Positions 1 through 8,168 of a stretch of DNA of 64,000 nucleotides are shown here, one piece after another. Below the pieces are notes generated by a model. The model ran no database searches. It saw only the letters and a list, made by a program, of their open reading frames with translations, and was not told the origin of the DNA. Source of the stretch: a virus. Taxonomy: Duplodnaviria; Caudoviricetes. The DNA lies in IMG/VR virus record IMGVR_UViG_3300011115_000183, positions 870-64,869 of that record, one strand, 5' to 3'. The first letter of the stretch is position 1. Each line of letters begins with the position of its first letter. Both the position numbers and the translations under genes were made by a program.

Positions 1-3
1 CAC

Positions 4-198
4 TCATTTCGCAGTTACCTCCAACTCGAAACCATCCTCGGTCTCGGTCACCTTCACATTGCCCTTGGCAATACGCATGAAGATCTCTGTTGTTATGCGC
101 TTGTGCATATACAACTCGCCACGCAGTCGAAACCACATTGCAGTCATAACGCTGAACGCAACCAACAACACCAACTCCAACTCAGTAAAAGTTACCAT
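4..198 (-). CDS. small membrane protein, hypothetical
   Basis: 64 aa with an N-terminal hydrophobic helix; GAGGAG RBS; overlaps the upstream gene. Confidence 0.7.
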   Translation of the reverse strand: MVTFTELELVLLVAFSVMTAMWFRLRGELYMHKRITTEIFMRIAKGNVKVTETEDGFELEVTAK

Positions 199-389
199 CT
201 CGTCTCCTCTAATCCAAAGTCTTCAAGCATTGCGGCTACTCCACTCGGGTCGTGTCCACAATATTCAGCGCATCTCCGAATAATCAACTCAGCGAACTTT
301 TCTTTGTCAAAGGTTTCAAACCCACCAGTGCAATCAGAAAACTCCTGCGCAGTGCATTGTTCAACAAGCTCTCGAATTTTTTCATTCAT
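192..389 (-). CDS. hypothetical early protein (MNEKIRELVEQC...EKFAELII type)
   Basis: ATG at 389 after AAGGAG RBS; EKFAELII motif is common in small phage early proteins. Confidence 0.7.
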   Translation of the reverse strand: MNEKIRELVEQCTAQEFSDCTGGFETFDKEKFAELIIRRCAEYCGHDPSGVAAMLEDFGLEETRW

Positions 390-399
390 CACACACTCC

Positions 400-1518
400 T
401 TAGAACAACTCGTGATTGTTCTTAGCCCACTCAGCGATCTTTGCATTGTTACGAGCAAGACGCACTGCCTTGGGACTACGCATCATCATGGTGAAGAACA
501 CTGCTTGCACTTCGCTTGAGTCGATGCGACTGACGAACTCCATGAACGCTGTCAAATCGTCTTGCGTCGCCAATGTATCTACTGCTTGAAACATAATCAT
601 CAACTGAGCGCTGATGTCTTTCGGCATAGTCACACTCAACGGGTTCTTCACGATGTCCTTGACATCTGTCAATGATTTCTCTAACGACATGAATGCCGCC
701 ATGTCCCCCGCCGCTGACGCACCGATCGTGCCCGACAGTGCAACCATAGTTGCGTTCTCGCCTATCGCATCACGATGCTTCACGATCACATCGCACTTCG
801 CCAACGAACGAGGGGAACAGAACGACAACGCACCTGAGCTTGGCTTGAAGATGTATGGATTGTCTTTCTGCATATCGCCCTCTGTGTACGACGCCATGAC
901 CCTCGGGAACATCGCCACGAACGCACGAACAACACGTGAGACACCATTAGCTGTCGCCCACTGCAACCACTCATCAGCTGTGGGCTTAGCCATACGCACG
1001 ATACACACACGATTCGCCGCATGAGCAAGCATCGCATCGCCCACGCCATCGCTTGCATTGTTCGACGTCGCAATGATTTGGCTTCCGTCTGGCAACGGAT
1101 CGTCACCTAACATTCTCTCCAACATCAGGCGGGTATAGATGATCTGCATCAGCTTGGGAGACTTCATCAACTCGTCGAGCAAGATGACCTTGGGCTTGTG
1201 GCTTTTGGTATTGAACAACTCGGCAACGTAGTACTCCAACTGCTTGGTTACATGGTTGGGGATAGTCATACCTATGTCGCTCATGTCTTTGACCGGACAG
1301 TCAACGTAGATGTAGTCGTACTTGTCACCCTCAATGCCTGTGCCATCCTTGGGACTGCGCCACTTGTCACCGTTGTCAGCCGCCATCATAGATAACAGGG
1401 AGGTCTTGCCACACCCGGGCTCAGACTGTACGACCACTGTCAGATCTGAAGCTATTAGCGGAATCATTTTCCGCAGTTCGTTGATGGTCACGGTATTCAC
1501 GAAAGAAACTTTGCTCAT
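400..1518 (-). CDS. AAA+ ATPase (MoxR/dynein-related type)
   Basis: Walker A SEPGCGKT, Walker B ILLDE, sensor ATSN, SPRS motif; AAGGAG RBS. Confidence 0.9.
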   Translation of the reverse strand: MSKVSFVNTVTINELRKMIPLIASDLTVVVQSEPGCGKTSLLSMMAADNGDKWRSPKDGTGIEGDKYDYIYVDCPVKDMSDIGMTIPNHVTKQLEYYVAELFNTKSHKPKVILLDELMKSPKLMQIIYTRLMLERMLGDDPLPDGSQIIATSNNASDGVGDAMLAHAANRVCIVRMAKPTADEWLQWATANGVSRVVRAFVAMFPRVMASYTEGDMQKDNPYIFKPSSGALSFCSPRSLAKCDVIVKHRDAIGENATMVALSGTIGASAAGDMAAFMSLEKSLTDVKDIVKNPLSVTMPKDISAQLMIMFQAVDTLATQDDLTAFMEFVSRIDSSEVQAVFFTMMMRSPKAVRLARNNAKIAEWAKNNHELF

Positions 1519-1537
1519 TTGATTACTCCTTGATTAA

Positions 1538-1678
1538 ACACACTGAAAAGAACTGAATGGGTGAGGGGTGAGGTTGGGATTTCTACAACCAACTCCGCTT
1601 CGGGTTAACCTGCGAACCCCATTGTTGGTCAGGTAACGGACACCCCTCATAAACTTACACACACTGAAAAGAACTGAA
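1538..1678. repeat. 20-bp perfect direct repeat ACACACTGAAAAGAACTGAA (1538-1557 and 1659-1678)
   Basis: Both copies read directly from the sequence; the second overlaps the last codons of 1655..2584. Confidence 0.95.
1562..1649 (-). ncRNA. putative structured RNA (three-way junction) in intergenic region
   Basis: Closing stem TGAGGGGTG/CACCCCTCA, inner stems TCCG/CGGA, ACCTG/CAGGT, GTTGG/CCAAC; no ORF and no U-tract directly after the stem. Confidence 0.6.
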
Positions 1679-2584
1679 CTTACTGAGGATGCTGTCCACA
1701 TCCTCCTTCACACTTGAACGCACTGCGTCGCTCTCACGGATACTCTTGGCATCCACGTCAGCCAACGCTCTCTCAAGCGATGCCCTTGCCATCTCCAGCT
1801 CGGGATCGTCGCTTAGGTTGAAACCCTTGAACGTCTCACACATCTCCAACGCTTTCTGAATTGTGGTGTCGTAGATCTTGCGCTTGCGAGTCTTGGTCTC
1901 GCCTGTGTTGTCGTCCACTCCGATCTCGTCCACACCACAGCAATGACTGATCGACTGCATCACCTCGATGAACCTTGTCTTCTGCTCATCAACGATCGAC
2001 GACACGATGTCCTCGGCTTGCTTGCTGTATGTACTAAACAAATCATCAGCGATGTCGTTCGCAATGCCACAGCGGAAGTCACTCATCGGAACCTCAGACA
2101 CATACAGCTCGACCCCGAACTTAGCCGACAACGCTTCCTTGGGTGGATAGTCCAACCGATCAAACATATCGCCCATGCCCCCTGCCTTGAACGCCATGTC
2201 ACTTACGATTCCGTCATAGGACAGAATGAAATCTGCAAGAAGTTTCTCAAACGACGCTTTATGCTCGCTGAACTCCTGCTTGAACTTAGGCACATCAATG
2301 CTCGGCAACAAGTCCTGTGAGTTGTTCCAACGATAGGTGCGACGCTTGACCCAGTTGTATATCGTCTGACGATAGTTCACCAACGCCTTGTGCTTGGGAT
2401 GATCTGCCAACAGATTCTTCACGTACTTGCCCGCCTTGCGATCGGCATGTTTTGAGTCAGCAACATCATTGCTGATACCACGGTCTTGCTTCGTTGCTGA
2501 CCATACGTTCGCATCCACGCTGACGAGGACTGCACTTGATGCCAAGCTGATGAGATGCTTGGGCTTTGATAACTCTGTGTTCAT
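1655..2584 (-). CDS. DUF3150-like helical protein, partner of the AAA ATPase
   Basis: LASSAVLVS..WS, FDRLDYP and FNLSDDPELE motifs; typical position upstream of phage AAA ATPase/vWA modules. Confidence 0.7.
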   Translation of the reverse strand: MNTELSKPKHLISLASSAVLVSVDANVWSATKQDRGISNDVADSKHADRKAGKYVKNLLADHPKHKALVNYRQTIYNWVKRRTYRWNNSQDLLPSIDVPKFKQEFSEHKASFEKLLADFILSYDGIVSDMAFKAGGMGDMFDRLDYPPKEALSAKFGVELYVSEVPMSDFRCGIANDIADDLFSTYSKQAEDIVSSIVDEQKTRFIEVMQSISHCCGVDEIGVDDNTGETKTRKRKIYDTTIQKALEMCETFKGFNLSDDPELEMARASLERALADVDAKSIRESDAVRSSVKEDVDSILSKFSSFQCV

Positions 2585-2611
2585 AAGAACTCCCTTTCGA
2601 TTGATGATTCA

Positions 2612-2629
2612 TTCCGTCTGGTGACGGAA
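2612..2629. promoter_or_regulatory. palindromic operator TTCCGTC-N4-GACGGAA, copy 1
   Basis: Perfect 7-bp inverted repeat; recurs 6 times in early intergenic regions. Confidence 0.8.
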
Positions 2630-2674
2630 CGCTGTTTCAAGTCGTCGATGATTTTCATTCCCGACTCAGTTATA

Positions 2675-2703
2675 AGTATACCACAACTATACATATAACA
2701 CAA
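2675..2703 (-). promoter_or_regulatory. sigma70-type promoter TTGTGT-N17-TATACT
   Basis: 17-bp spacer, extended -10 (TG); part of a 43-bp repeat (2662-2704) also found at 5558-5600. Confidence 0.85.
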
Positions 2704-2750
2704 GACCCTCACGCAAAGTAGTTGCGCAAGAAGATGCCAGTTATTAAGGC

Positions 2751-3170
2751 TCACCAGTCTCGCTCGATTGAACGGCTCATGTCCAACCAATTAAGGTCAT
2801 AGCTACCGCCCTCCTTATGCTCGATGTCGTCATACTCTTCACCGATGCGCAGGAACATATAGGCGATCTCTGAATGGTTGTCCTCATCGTTCGCCCACTC
2901 GTCGGCAAGCTCGATCAACGCATCATGGCATTTCACATCGTTGTAATCGGGATACCACTTCACATCCTCAGCAGAGAAGTTAATACGGTATCGTCCCTCG
3001 TCCACGATGAACCCATTGCCCCCACTCCAGTTCTTTTGTTCCTCATTGAAACATGGGGCCGTAGCTGCCTTAGCCTTAGCTTCAGCTATGAATGTATAAA
3101 ACGATTGCTTGGCTCGTTCGTCATCAGTCGTGAACCTGATGGTGTATGCCACCTCTGATCTATATCCCAT
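2751..3170 (-). CDS. hypothetical protein (MGYRSEVAY...RIGEEYDDIE family)
   Basis: ATG 3170 with GAAGGAG RBS; an alternative GTG start at 3251 would overlap the upstream gene. Confidence 0.8.
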   Translation of the reverse strand: MGYRSEVAYTIRFTTDDERAKQSFYTFIAEAKAKAATAPCFNEEQKNWSGGNGFIVDEGRYRINFSAEDVKWYPDYNDVKCHDALIELADEWANDEDNHSEIAYMFLRIGEEYDDIEHKEGGSYDLNWLDMSRSIERDW

Positions 3171-3174
3171 TGCT

Positions 3175-3576
3175 TTACTCCTTCTCATGTGTTGTTGAAT
3201 CTTCTTCGCTTGCGCTATCGTGCGCTCGGGTCTTATCCACACTTGTTTCACTTATGTCTCCTATCACCTTGGCTAAAAGAATCATCAACTCCTCATCGGT
3301 CTGATACCCATGCGGGTCGTCCTCGTCCTCGAACATCACCTCGTATGGGGCATCTATCCGTGAATAGAACATTGACCCACAGATCACGCTCACCTTCTTG
3401 CCATTTGGGAACTCGTACTTGGCATAGAAGTGTCTGCCGTAGGTCGGGTCTTCAGCCATCGAGCTTGGATGAAACCCGCCCTCAGTTATGAATTCATCGT
3501 ATGGCAGGCATGGCTTGTCCCTGTCGATCGGCACGAACACCGACACCATGTGGCTCATGTCATTTCCGTACATCAT
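3175..3576 (-). CDS. hypothetical protein
   Basis: 133-aa ORF coupled to the upstream gene (TGATG overlap). Confidence 0.7.
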   Translation of the reverse strand: MMYGNDMSHMVSVFVPIDRDKPCLPYDEFITEGGFHPSSMAEDPTYGRHFYAKYEFPNGKKVSVICGSMFYSRIDAPYEVMFEDEDDPHGYQTDEELMILLAKVIGDISETSVDKTRAHDSASEEDSTTHEKE

Positions 3577-3803
3577 CAGATCACCCTCCCTAGTTTCTCC
3601 AACACATACTCACGCATGAGGGCATACGCCTCGTCCTTGCGTCCCTCCCTGTCGTGTAACCATATCTTGGTCAATGTCTCGGCATCGTCAAAGCTCACGC
3701 CTTGCGAACCTCGTTCCTTCAACTCCTCGACCAAGTCCTCGGTGTCGAACTCGCTCAAGTCCACGTCTACCTCGACCTCTGTGTAAATTGTTTTGGTACT
3801 CAT
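3576..3803 (-). CDS. acidic hypothetical protein
   Basis: VEVDVDLSEFDTEDLVEELKERG; ATGA overlap; GGGAGGG RBS. Confidence 0.8.
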   Translation of the reverse strand: MSTKTIYTEVEVDVDLSEFDTEDLVEELKERGSQGVSFDDAETLTKIWLHDREGRKDEAYALMREYVLEKLGRVI

Positions 3804-4018
3804 CTGTGAAACCCTCCCTTGTTGTTGATACCTTTCAAGTCAGCCATGTCAGTCAGCATCACGTAGTTGCTCTTGTGCATCGGCACGACAGTGCGCACGA
3901 CTTGCTGTGCCACCTTGTCCCCGCATGGTAAGCAGAACTTGTAACCAAGCTTCCACCTGTTGACGGAATACTGATCGCCGCAATCCCTGCACTGTGGTGT
4001 GTGGTTTTCATTGCTCAT
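3800..4018 (-). CDS. C4 zinc-finger protein (DksA/TraR-like spacing)
   Basis: CRDC-x16-CLPC. Confidence 0.7.
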   Translation of the reverse strand: MSNENHTPQCRDCGDQYSVNRWKLGYKFCLPCGDKVAQQVVRTVVPMHKSNYVMLTDMADLKGINNKGGFHR

Positions 4019-4239
4019 GCGTGCCCCCCAAAGTCCGTCTCATGTAGCACAGGCTCACTCAATGCTTTCTCCAATCTCCGCAACAACTCCCCTAACTCAT
4101 GTATGTCGTCACCACACATGAACGTGTCGCTGTATGCGTCGGGCTTGCCCTCATCGTCGTAGAACACCTCTTTGAATATGTAAAAGTCATCGCCACCGTT
4201 CTCGGACGGGCAGTTCATTACTCTGTGATTCCAATTCAT
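4015..4239 (-). CDS. hypothetical protein (WNHRV family)
   Basis: MNWNHRV...EVFYDDEGKP; AAGGAG RBS. Confidence 0.8.
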   Translation of the reverse strand: MNWNHRVMNCPSENGGDDFYIFKEVFYDDEGKPDAYSDTFMCGDDIHELGELLRRLEKALSEPVLHETDFGGHA

Positions 4240-4415
4240 AACTTCATCTCCTTTTGTTTCACCAAGACCTCGAACCCCAACACCTGTATGCGCTGGATGT
4301 CTCGGGGCAGTAGCGTGGTTGTCCCTGCGATGTCGGCAAAGATCTTTGCCTTGTCACACACTGGGTAGATCTTGGACTGACCATAGACCTCCCTGATCTC
4401 GACTGTGATATTCAT
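4236..4415 (-). CDS. hypothetical protein, 59 aa (not in ORF track)
   Basis: MNITVEIREVYGQSKIYPVCDKAKIFADIAGTTTL...; TAATG and ATGA coupling on both sides; AAGGAG RBS. Confidence 0.8.
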   Translation of the reverse strand: MNITVEIREVYGQSKIYPVCDKAKIFADIAGTTTLLPRDIQRIQVLGFEVLVKQKEMKL

Positions 4416-4591
4416 TATTCACTCTCCTTGATCTCAACCATTCGCAACACACCCTCGGGTGCGGTCTCAACCACCTTGTCGTACTGTTCCCATGCCTGAC
4501 ACGATGGGCACTCGGCATCATGCTCGGGGCATCGGTCGCCCCAATAGAACACCATCGCTTCATGTATCGCATTTCGTTTTTCGCTGTGCAT
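4415..4591 (-). CDS. small Cys/His protein, 58 aa (not in ORF track)
   Basis: MHSEKRNAIHEAMVFYWGDRCPEHDAECPSCQAWEQYD...; AGGAG RBS; fills the gap between neighbours exactly. Confidence 0.7.
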   Translation of the reverse strand: MHSEKRNAIHEAMVFYWGDRCPEHDAECPSCQAWEQYDKVVETAPEGVLRMVEIKESE

Positions 4592-4592
4592 C

Positions 4593-4751
4593 TCACTCTC
4601 CTGTGTAATTCAACGCATCGGTGACAACTGCACCGAACCCCACACCGCCCACGATCAGGCAGATCTGCGACAGATAGCCCTCACCGCCCCACCCCAACAC
4701 GATAAACCCGCAAGCGATGACGGCACTGCCAATGTAATAAAGTGGACTCAT
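4593..4751 (-). CDS. small two-helix membrane protein
   Basis: MSPLYYIGSAVIACGFIVLGWGG...; AGGAG RBS; ATGA overlap. Confidence 0.7.
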   Translation of the reverse strand: MSPLYYIGSAVIACGFIVLGWGGEGYLSQICLIVGGVGFGAVVTDALNYTGE

Positions 4752-5107
4752 ACAAACTCCTGCAATGTTGATATGTCGTGCATGATCTCGACCACGTAGT
4801 AGTCGTCGGGTGTCTCGGCATACAGATCTCCCTCGGTGCAGACCCAACACTCGTAGAACGCCAACGCCCTGTCCGTGTATGAGCGCTGTGGGAAACCATT
4901 CTTCATCAGCAAATAAACTTTCACCTCAGGTTGAATACTAAGCACCGGCAGGCTCACGGCATGAGCTTGAAGTTCGTCCAGTTCAGCTTGAAGTTCATCA
5001 GGCGATGGCTTGAAGTTCTCCATGAGTACCCGCAACTCGTCGTCGTTGGGGCAGTCTTGATCTGCGCGGTATGCCATCTCGATGGCAATGTCTTTGAAAC
5101 GTCCCAT
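4748..5107 (-). CDS. hypothetical protein
   Basis: MGRFKDIAIE start; AAGGAG RBS. Confidence 0.8.
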   Translation of the reverse strand: MGRFKDIAIEMAYRADQDCPNDDELRVLMENFKPSPDELQAELDELQAHAVSLPVLSIQPEVKVYLLMKNGFPQRSYTDRALAFYECWVCTEGDLYAETPDDYYVVEIMHDISTLQEFV

Positions 5108-5133
5108 AATATTCTCCTTGATGATGTGATTGA

Positions 5134-5151
5134 TTCCGTCCGTAGACGGAA
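5134..5151. promoter_or_regulatory. palindromic operator copy 2 (TTCCGTC-CGTA-GACGGAA)
   Basis: Perfect arms, intergenic. Confidence 0.8.
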
Positions 5152-5169
5152 CCTTGATTGCTGAATAAA

Positions 5170-5463
5170 TTAAATGACGTCGTAGCCAGTGCAGAACTGG
5201 AACAACTCGGACTCGGACATGGGTTCGGTAATGGTCAAGCCCTCATGCTCGTCGTCGATGTCTTGGAACTCGTCGAAGTCGTGACCTCTGTCCAAGAACT
5301 CTAAATTCTGATTGAAATACGTATCGGCACGCATTGCATCCCTACGCATGGTCTCGGTGAGATCTGTCTGCGCATGGTTGTAAACAGTGCGGGGCTTGTG
5401 CAAGCGGATGATGGGGCGTGTCACCGATTGGGGCAACACAGGGGCAACAAAAAACATCTTCAT
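5170..5463 (-). CDS. hypothetical protein with acidic C-terminus
   Basis: AGGAGAG RBS; first gene after promoter 5571-5599. Confidence 0.75.
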   Translation of the reverse strand: MKMFFVAPVLPQSVTRPIIRLHKPRTVYNHAQTDLTETMRRDAMRADTYFNQNLEFLDRGHDFDEFQDIDDEHEGLTITEPMSESELFQFCTGYDVI

Positions 5464-5494
5464 GACTCTCTCCTAAAGGTCTGACATTGATTCA

Positions 5495-5512
5495 TTCCGT
5501 CTGGTGACGGAA
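5495..5512. promoter_or_regulatory. palindromic operator copy 3
   Basis: TTCCGTC-TGGT-GACGGAA, identical to copy 1 including flank GATTCA. Confidence 0.8.
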
Positions 5513-5570
5513 CACTAAACAAGCCGTGGCACTTGCGACCTGCAAGCGTTTCATCCTCGACTCAGTTATA

Positions 5571-5599
5571 AGTATACCACAACTATACATTTAACACAA
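5571..5599 (-). promoter_or_regulatory. sigma70-type promoter TTGTGT-N17-TATACT (duplicate of 2675-2703)
   Basis: One mismatch to the other copy over 43 bp. Confidence 0.85.
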
Positions 5600-5616
5600 G
5601 TGATACGGTAAGGTAG

Positions 5617-5823
5617 TTAAACAGAAAGTTTGCTGTATTCACCATGCTGTTCGTAGTTGCGCACCTGTTTGAACAACTCATCTCCACGCAGACCACGGCG
5701 GTATCTCATGCGCAGAGTGTCGTAGGGTATCGCTAAGAACTTTGACCAACCACGCAGGGTCAGTGCGTGTCCATCATGCTCGATGATGTCTGATGCTTGG
5801 GATTCGATGGGCTTGAGTAACAT
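5617..5823 (-). CDS. small HTH-like DNA-binding protein
   Basis: TLRGWSKFLAIPYDTLRMRYRRG pattern; AAGGAG RBS before ATG 5823; own promoter. Confidence 0.7.
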   Translation of the reverse strand: MLLKPIESQASDIIEHDGHALTLRGWSKFLAIPYDTLRMRYRRGLRGDELFKQVRNYEQHGEYSKLSV

Positions 5824-5853
5824 AGAAAACTCCTTGATGATTGAAAGATGTTC

Positions 5854-5882
5854 AGTATATTCTAAATGTTCAGTCATGTCAA
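5854..5882 (-). promoter_or_regulatory. near-consensus sigma70 promoter TTGACA-N17-TATACT
   Basis: Read directly; overlapped by direct repeats ATGTTCAGT at 5848-5856 and 5866-5874. Confidence 0.85.
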
Positions 5883-5889
5883 TAGGGTG

Positions 5890-6275
5890 TTTTTAGGTTT
5901 GTTCTACGTGTTCTAGGTTTGTTCTATTTTCCTATGTAAAGTTAGAACAAAAATGGGTATTACTTTTCTGCTTGAAGTATAGGTTTTTGTAAGGAGAAGT
6001 ATTATTATTTTATAAAATAGAAAGAAAGAAATGAAATCTGTTCTACTGTACTACTGTTTTTAGGGGGGATACGGTTTTATTTCGATTTTTTCGACATCGA
6101 CTTTGCACTCAGCAGGTAAGTCTTGCTCTTGCAAATTTCTTCAAAAACAAGACCCCTATGCTCAAAATCGTAGAACGTTAGAACAAAAAAAAATTCTTCA
6201 ATGCTGACAAGGGGTTACGAGCGATTTTCTGTTCTACTCGACCCACTTTGTTCTACTCTTTTTTTAGAACATGTA
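5890..6275. repeat. AT-rich non-coding region with about 9 TGTTCTA/TAGAACA heptamers; candidate replication origin
   Basis: Copies at 5900, 5909, 5920, 5943, 6039, 6179, 6230, 6249, 6265 in both orientations, around an AT-rich core near 6000-6035. Confidence 0.7.
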
Positions 6276-6310
6276 TAGTTAGTAGGCTTTGCGCGGTCAA
6301 ATCTATCAGT

Positions 6311-6408
6311 TCTGAGAACGGTAGATGATGTAGCACATCAATTCTGAGAACGGTAGATGATGCAGCCCTGTTTTTAGGTGTGTGAGATCTGAGAACGGTA
6401 GGCGATGA
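6311..6408. repeat. three direct repeats TCTGAGAACGGTAG (iteron-like)
   Basis: Starts at 6311, 6343 and 6388; the first two extend to 20 bp of identity. Confidence 0.9.
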
Positions 6409-6413
6409 TCCCA

Positions 6414-6431
6414 TTCCGTCATCAGGCGGAA
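6414..6431. promoter_or_regulatory. palindromic operator copy 4 (1 mismatch)
   Basis: TTCCGTC-ATCA-GGCGGAA. Confidence 0.7.
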
Positions 6432-6507
6432 CGCTAATTAAGCTCATAAACCACGCACACGCTACCCACGCGCGCGCCCTTACATAACTGGTCTCAATTA
6501 AGGGCAC

Positions 6508-6539
6508 AAAAAAAACCCCGAACCTTTCGGCTCGGGGTT
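6508..6539 (-). terminator. intrinsic terminator
   Basis: GC stem with GAAA loop followed by an 8-U tract, downstream of 6551..7204. Confidence 0.9.
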
Positions 6540-6550
6540 CGGGTTAAGCG

Positions 6551-7204
6551 TTACGCTTTATATACTTGCCAAAAAGCTTCAACAGCTTGTTTGTATTTCT
6601 CAGGATTAGCCGTGGCGTCACCACGCTGAGACTGTTTCACCTTTACAGATTTCTCTTGTGCATCGAATATCTTCTTCATGGTATCAATGAACAATACCAC
6701 TTTGCGCTCAACCTTGATACCTGAGCGTATTCTAAGAATCTTCTCAGCCTTATCTACCAACTTACCTAACTTATCAGATATATAAGTGAGGTGAGCCTTG
6801 CGAACCTTTTCAACCACAGCCTTGAGGTTCGGGTTGTCCTTGAAATCCGTGCCCATTTGATTAGCCGTGAAACTCATGGCGTAATCTATCGTGGCTTCGA
6901 TCTTTTCAACCTTCTTGTTTGCAAGGTGTTCTGGCGTGGCGGGGAAATACTGTCCGTTGATAACCGCATAGGTGACAGCCTTGTATATCTCATGATGAGC
7001 TAACGAGTAGCCGTCACGCAAGGATTTGATATCCTCAGTTGAAACATCCTTGAGTACGGGAAAACCCTTGATATGTTCAAGGGCTGATTCAGCGCATGAA
7101 TCAATACGGTTCTCAGCCTTGCCATGCTGTAAACCGATATCGGTGATTGAAACAAAAGCCACGGGGTTGATAGCTTGAGCTATCAGAGTTTTGCGATTTG
7201 ACAT
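6551..7204 (-). CDS. pre-early hypothetical protein, paralog B
   Basis: Clear paralog of 7438..8106 (TYAVINGQYF, VRKAHLTY, RGDATANPEK); own promoter and terminator. Confidence 0.9.
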   Translation of the reverse strand: MSNRKTLIAQAINPVAFVSITDIGLQHGKAENRIDSCAESALEHIKGFPVLKDVSTEDIKSLRDGYSLAHHEIYKAVTYAVINGQYFPATPEHLANKKVEKIEATIDYAMSFTANQMGTDFKDNPNLKAVVEKVRKAHLTYISDKLGKLVDKAEKILRIRSGIKVERKVVLFIDTMKKIFDAQEKSVKVKQSQRGDATANPEKYKQAVEAFWQVYKA

Positions 7205-7258
7205 TACATTTCCTTTTAAGGGTTGATTTGAAATACCTGATTTGCGTCAGGTAAAAGA

Positions 7259-7308
7259 ATAATAGCTGATACCATATAGAATGTCAATCAATCCGTCAGG
7301 TGACGGAA
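7259..7308 (-). promoter_or_regulatory. sigma70 promoter TTGACA-N17-TATTAT with operator copy 5 (7291-7308) just upstream of -35
   Basis: -35 at 7282-7287, -10 at 7259-7264; ATCCGTC-AGGT-GACGGAA. Confidence 0.85.
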
Positions 7309-7389
7309 TACTATTTAAGAGTTTCACGCTCGACAACCTCGCTCGGTCTCACGCGCGCCCTTACATAACTGGCATCAAATAGCGGGACG

Positions 7390-7427
7390 AAAAAAAACCC
7401 AGACCGGAAATTAATCCGGTCTGGGTT
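7390..7427 (-). terminator. intrinsic terminator
   Basis: AACCCAGACCGGA/TCCGGTCTGGGTT stem plus U-tract. Confidence 0.9.
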
Positions 7428-7437
7428 AAGAGTCTAA

Positions 7438-8106
7438 TTACTTAGACTTTGTTGGCATTTGACCATATGTCAGCCAGAATGCTTTGACTGCCTCTTTGAA
7501 CTTCTCAGGGTTTGCAGTGGCATCGCCTCTCTGGGTCTGTTTAACTTTCACAGACTTTTCCTGTGCGGCAAAGAAGTCGCCGACTGTATTTACAAACAGA
7601 ACTATTTTGCGTTCTGCTTTGATACCCGCACGATCTTTTAAGATCGACTCTGCTTTGCGTACCAGTTTGCCCAGTGTGTCCGACACATAAGTTAAATGTG
7701 CTTTGCGTACTTTTTCAACGATCTTTTTCAATTCAGGACGATCTTTGAATTCGGTTGCCATTTCATTCGGTGTCCAGACCATTGCCCAGTCGATCGTTGC
7801 GTTGATCTTTTCGACTTTGTCGTTTGCCAGATGATCGGGTGTCGCCTCAAAGTATTGACCATTAATGACTGCGTATGTCTTGGGGACATACACACTGCGA
7901 TGATGCAGGGAATAACCGTCTCGCAGTGCTTTGACGTTTTCCTCTGAGACTTCCTTAAGTACTGGGAAGCCTTTGATTGTGTCCAGTGCATACTCAGCAC
8001 AGGCAGAGATCTTATTCTCTGCTTGACCATGTTGCACTGCGATGTCTGACACAGAAGTGAACTGCACTGCGACTGCTTGGGCAGTCTGGGTTTTTGCTTT
8101 AGCCAT
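7438..8106 (-). CDS. pre-early hypothetical protein, paralog A
   Basis: ATG 8106 after TAAGGA; paralog of 6551..7204. Confidence 0.9.
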   Translation of the reverse strand: MAKAKTQTAQAVAVQFTSVSDIAVQHGQAENKISACAEYALDTIKGFPVLKEVSEENVKALRDGYSLHHRSVYVPKTYAVINGQYFEATPDHLANDKVEKINATIDWAMVWTPNEMATEFKDRPELKKIVEKVRKAHLTYVSDTLGKLVRKAESILKDRAGIKAERKIVLFVNTVGDFFAAQEKSVKVKQTQRGDATANPEKFKEAVKAFWLTYGQMPTKSK

Positions 8107-8168
8107 TTTCAATTTCCTTATAAAGGGTTTACAGGGTTATCGGTCGCCGAATTGCTTCCGATAAAAGA

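Noticed and set aside
1562-1649. Hammerhead ribozyme or tRNA
   Set aside because: CUGACCA lacks the conserved CUGANGA core, and there is no cloverleaf with a T-loop consensus.
4354-4596. 80-aa ORF from the track
   Set aside because: The alternative frame 4415..4591 has an RBS and exact coupling with its neighbours.
6311-6408. Three direct repeats as a mini CRISPR or TIGR-like array
   Set aside because: Repeats are 14-20 bp with unequal periods (32 and 45 bp), and I recognise no Cas or Nop-domain gene. They fit iterons better.
6253-6507. 84-aa ORF on the - strand
   Set aside because: Starts right after a terminator, has no RBS and runs through DNA repeats; probably spurious.
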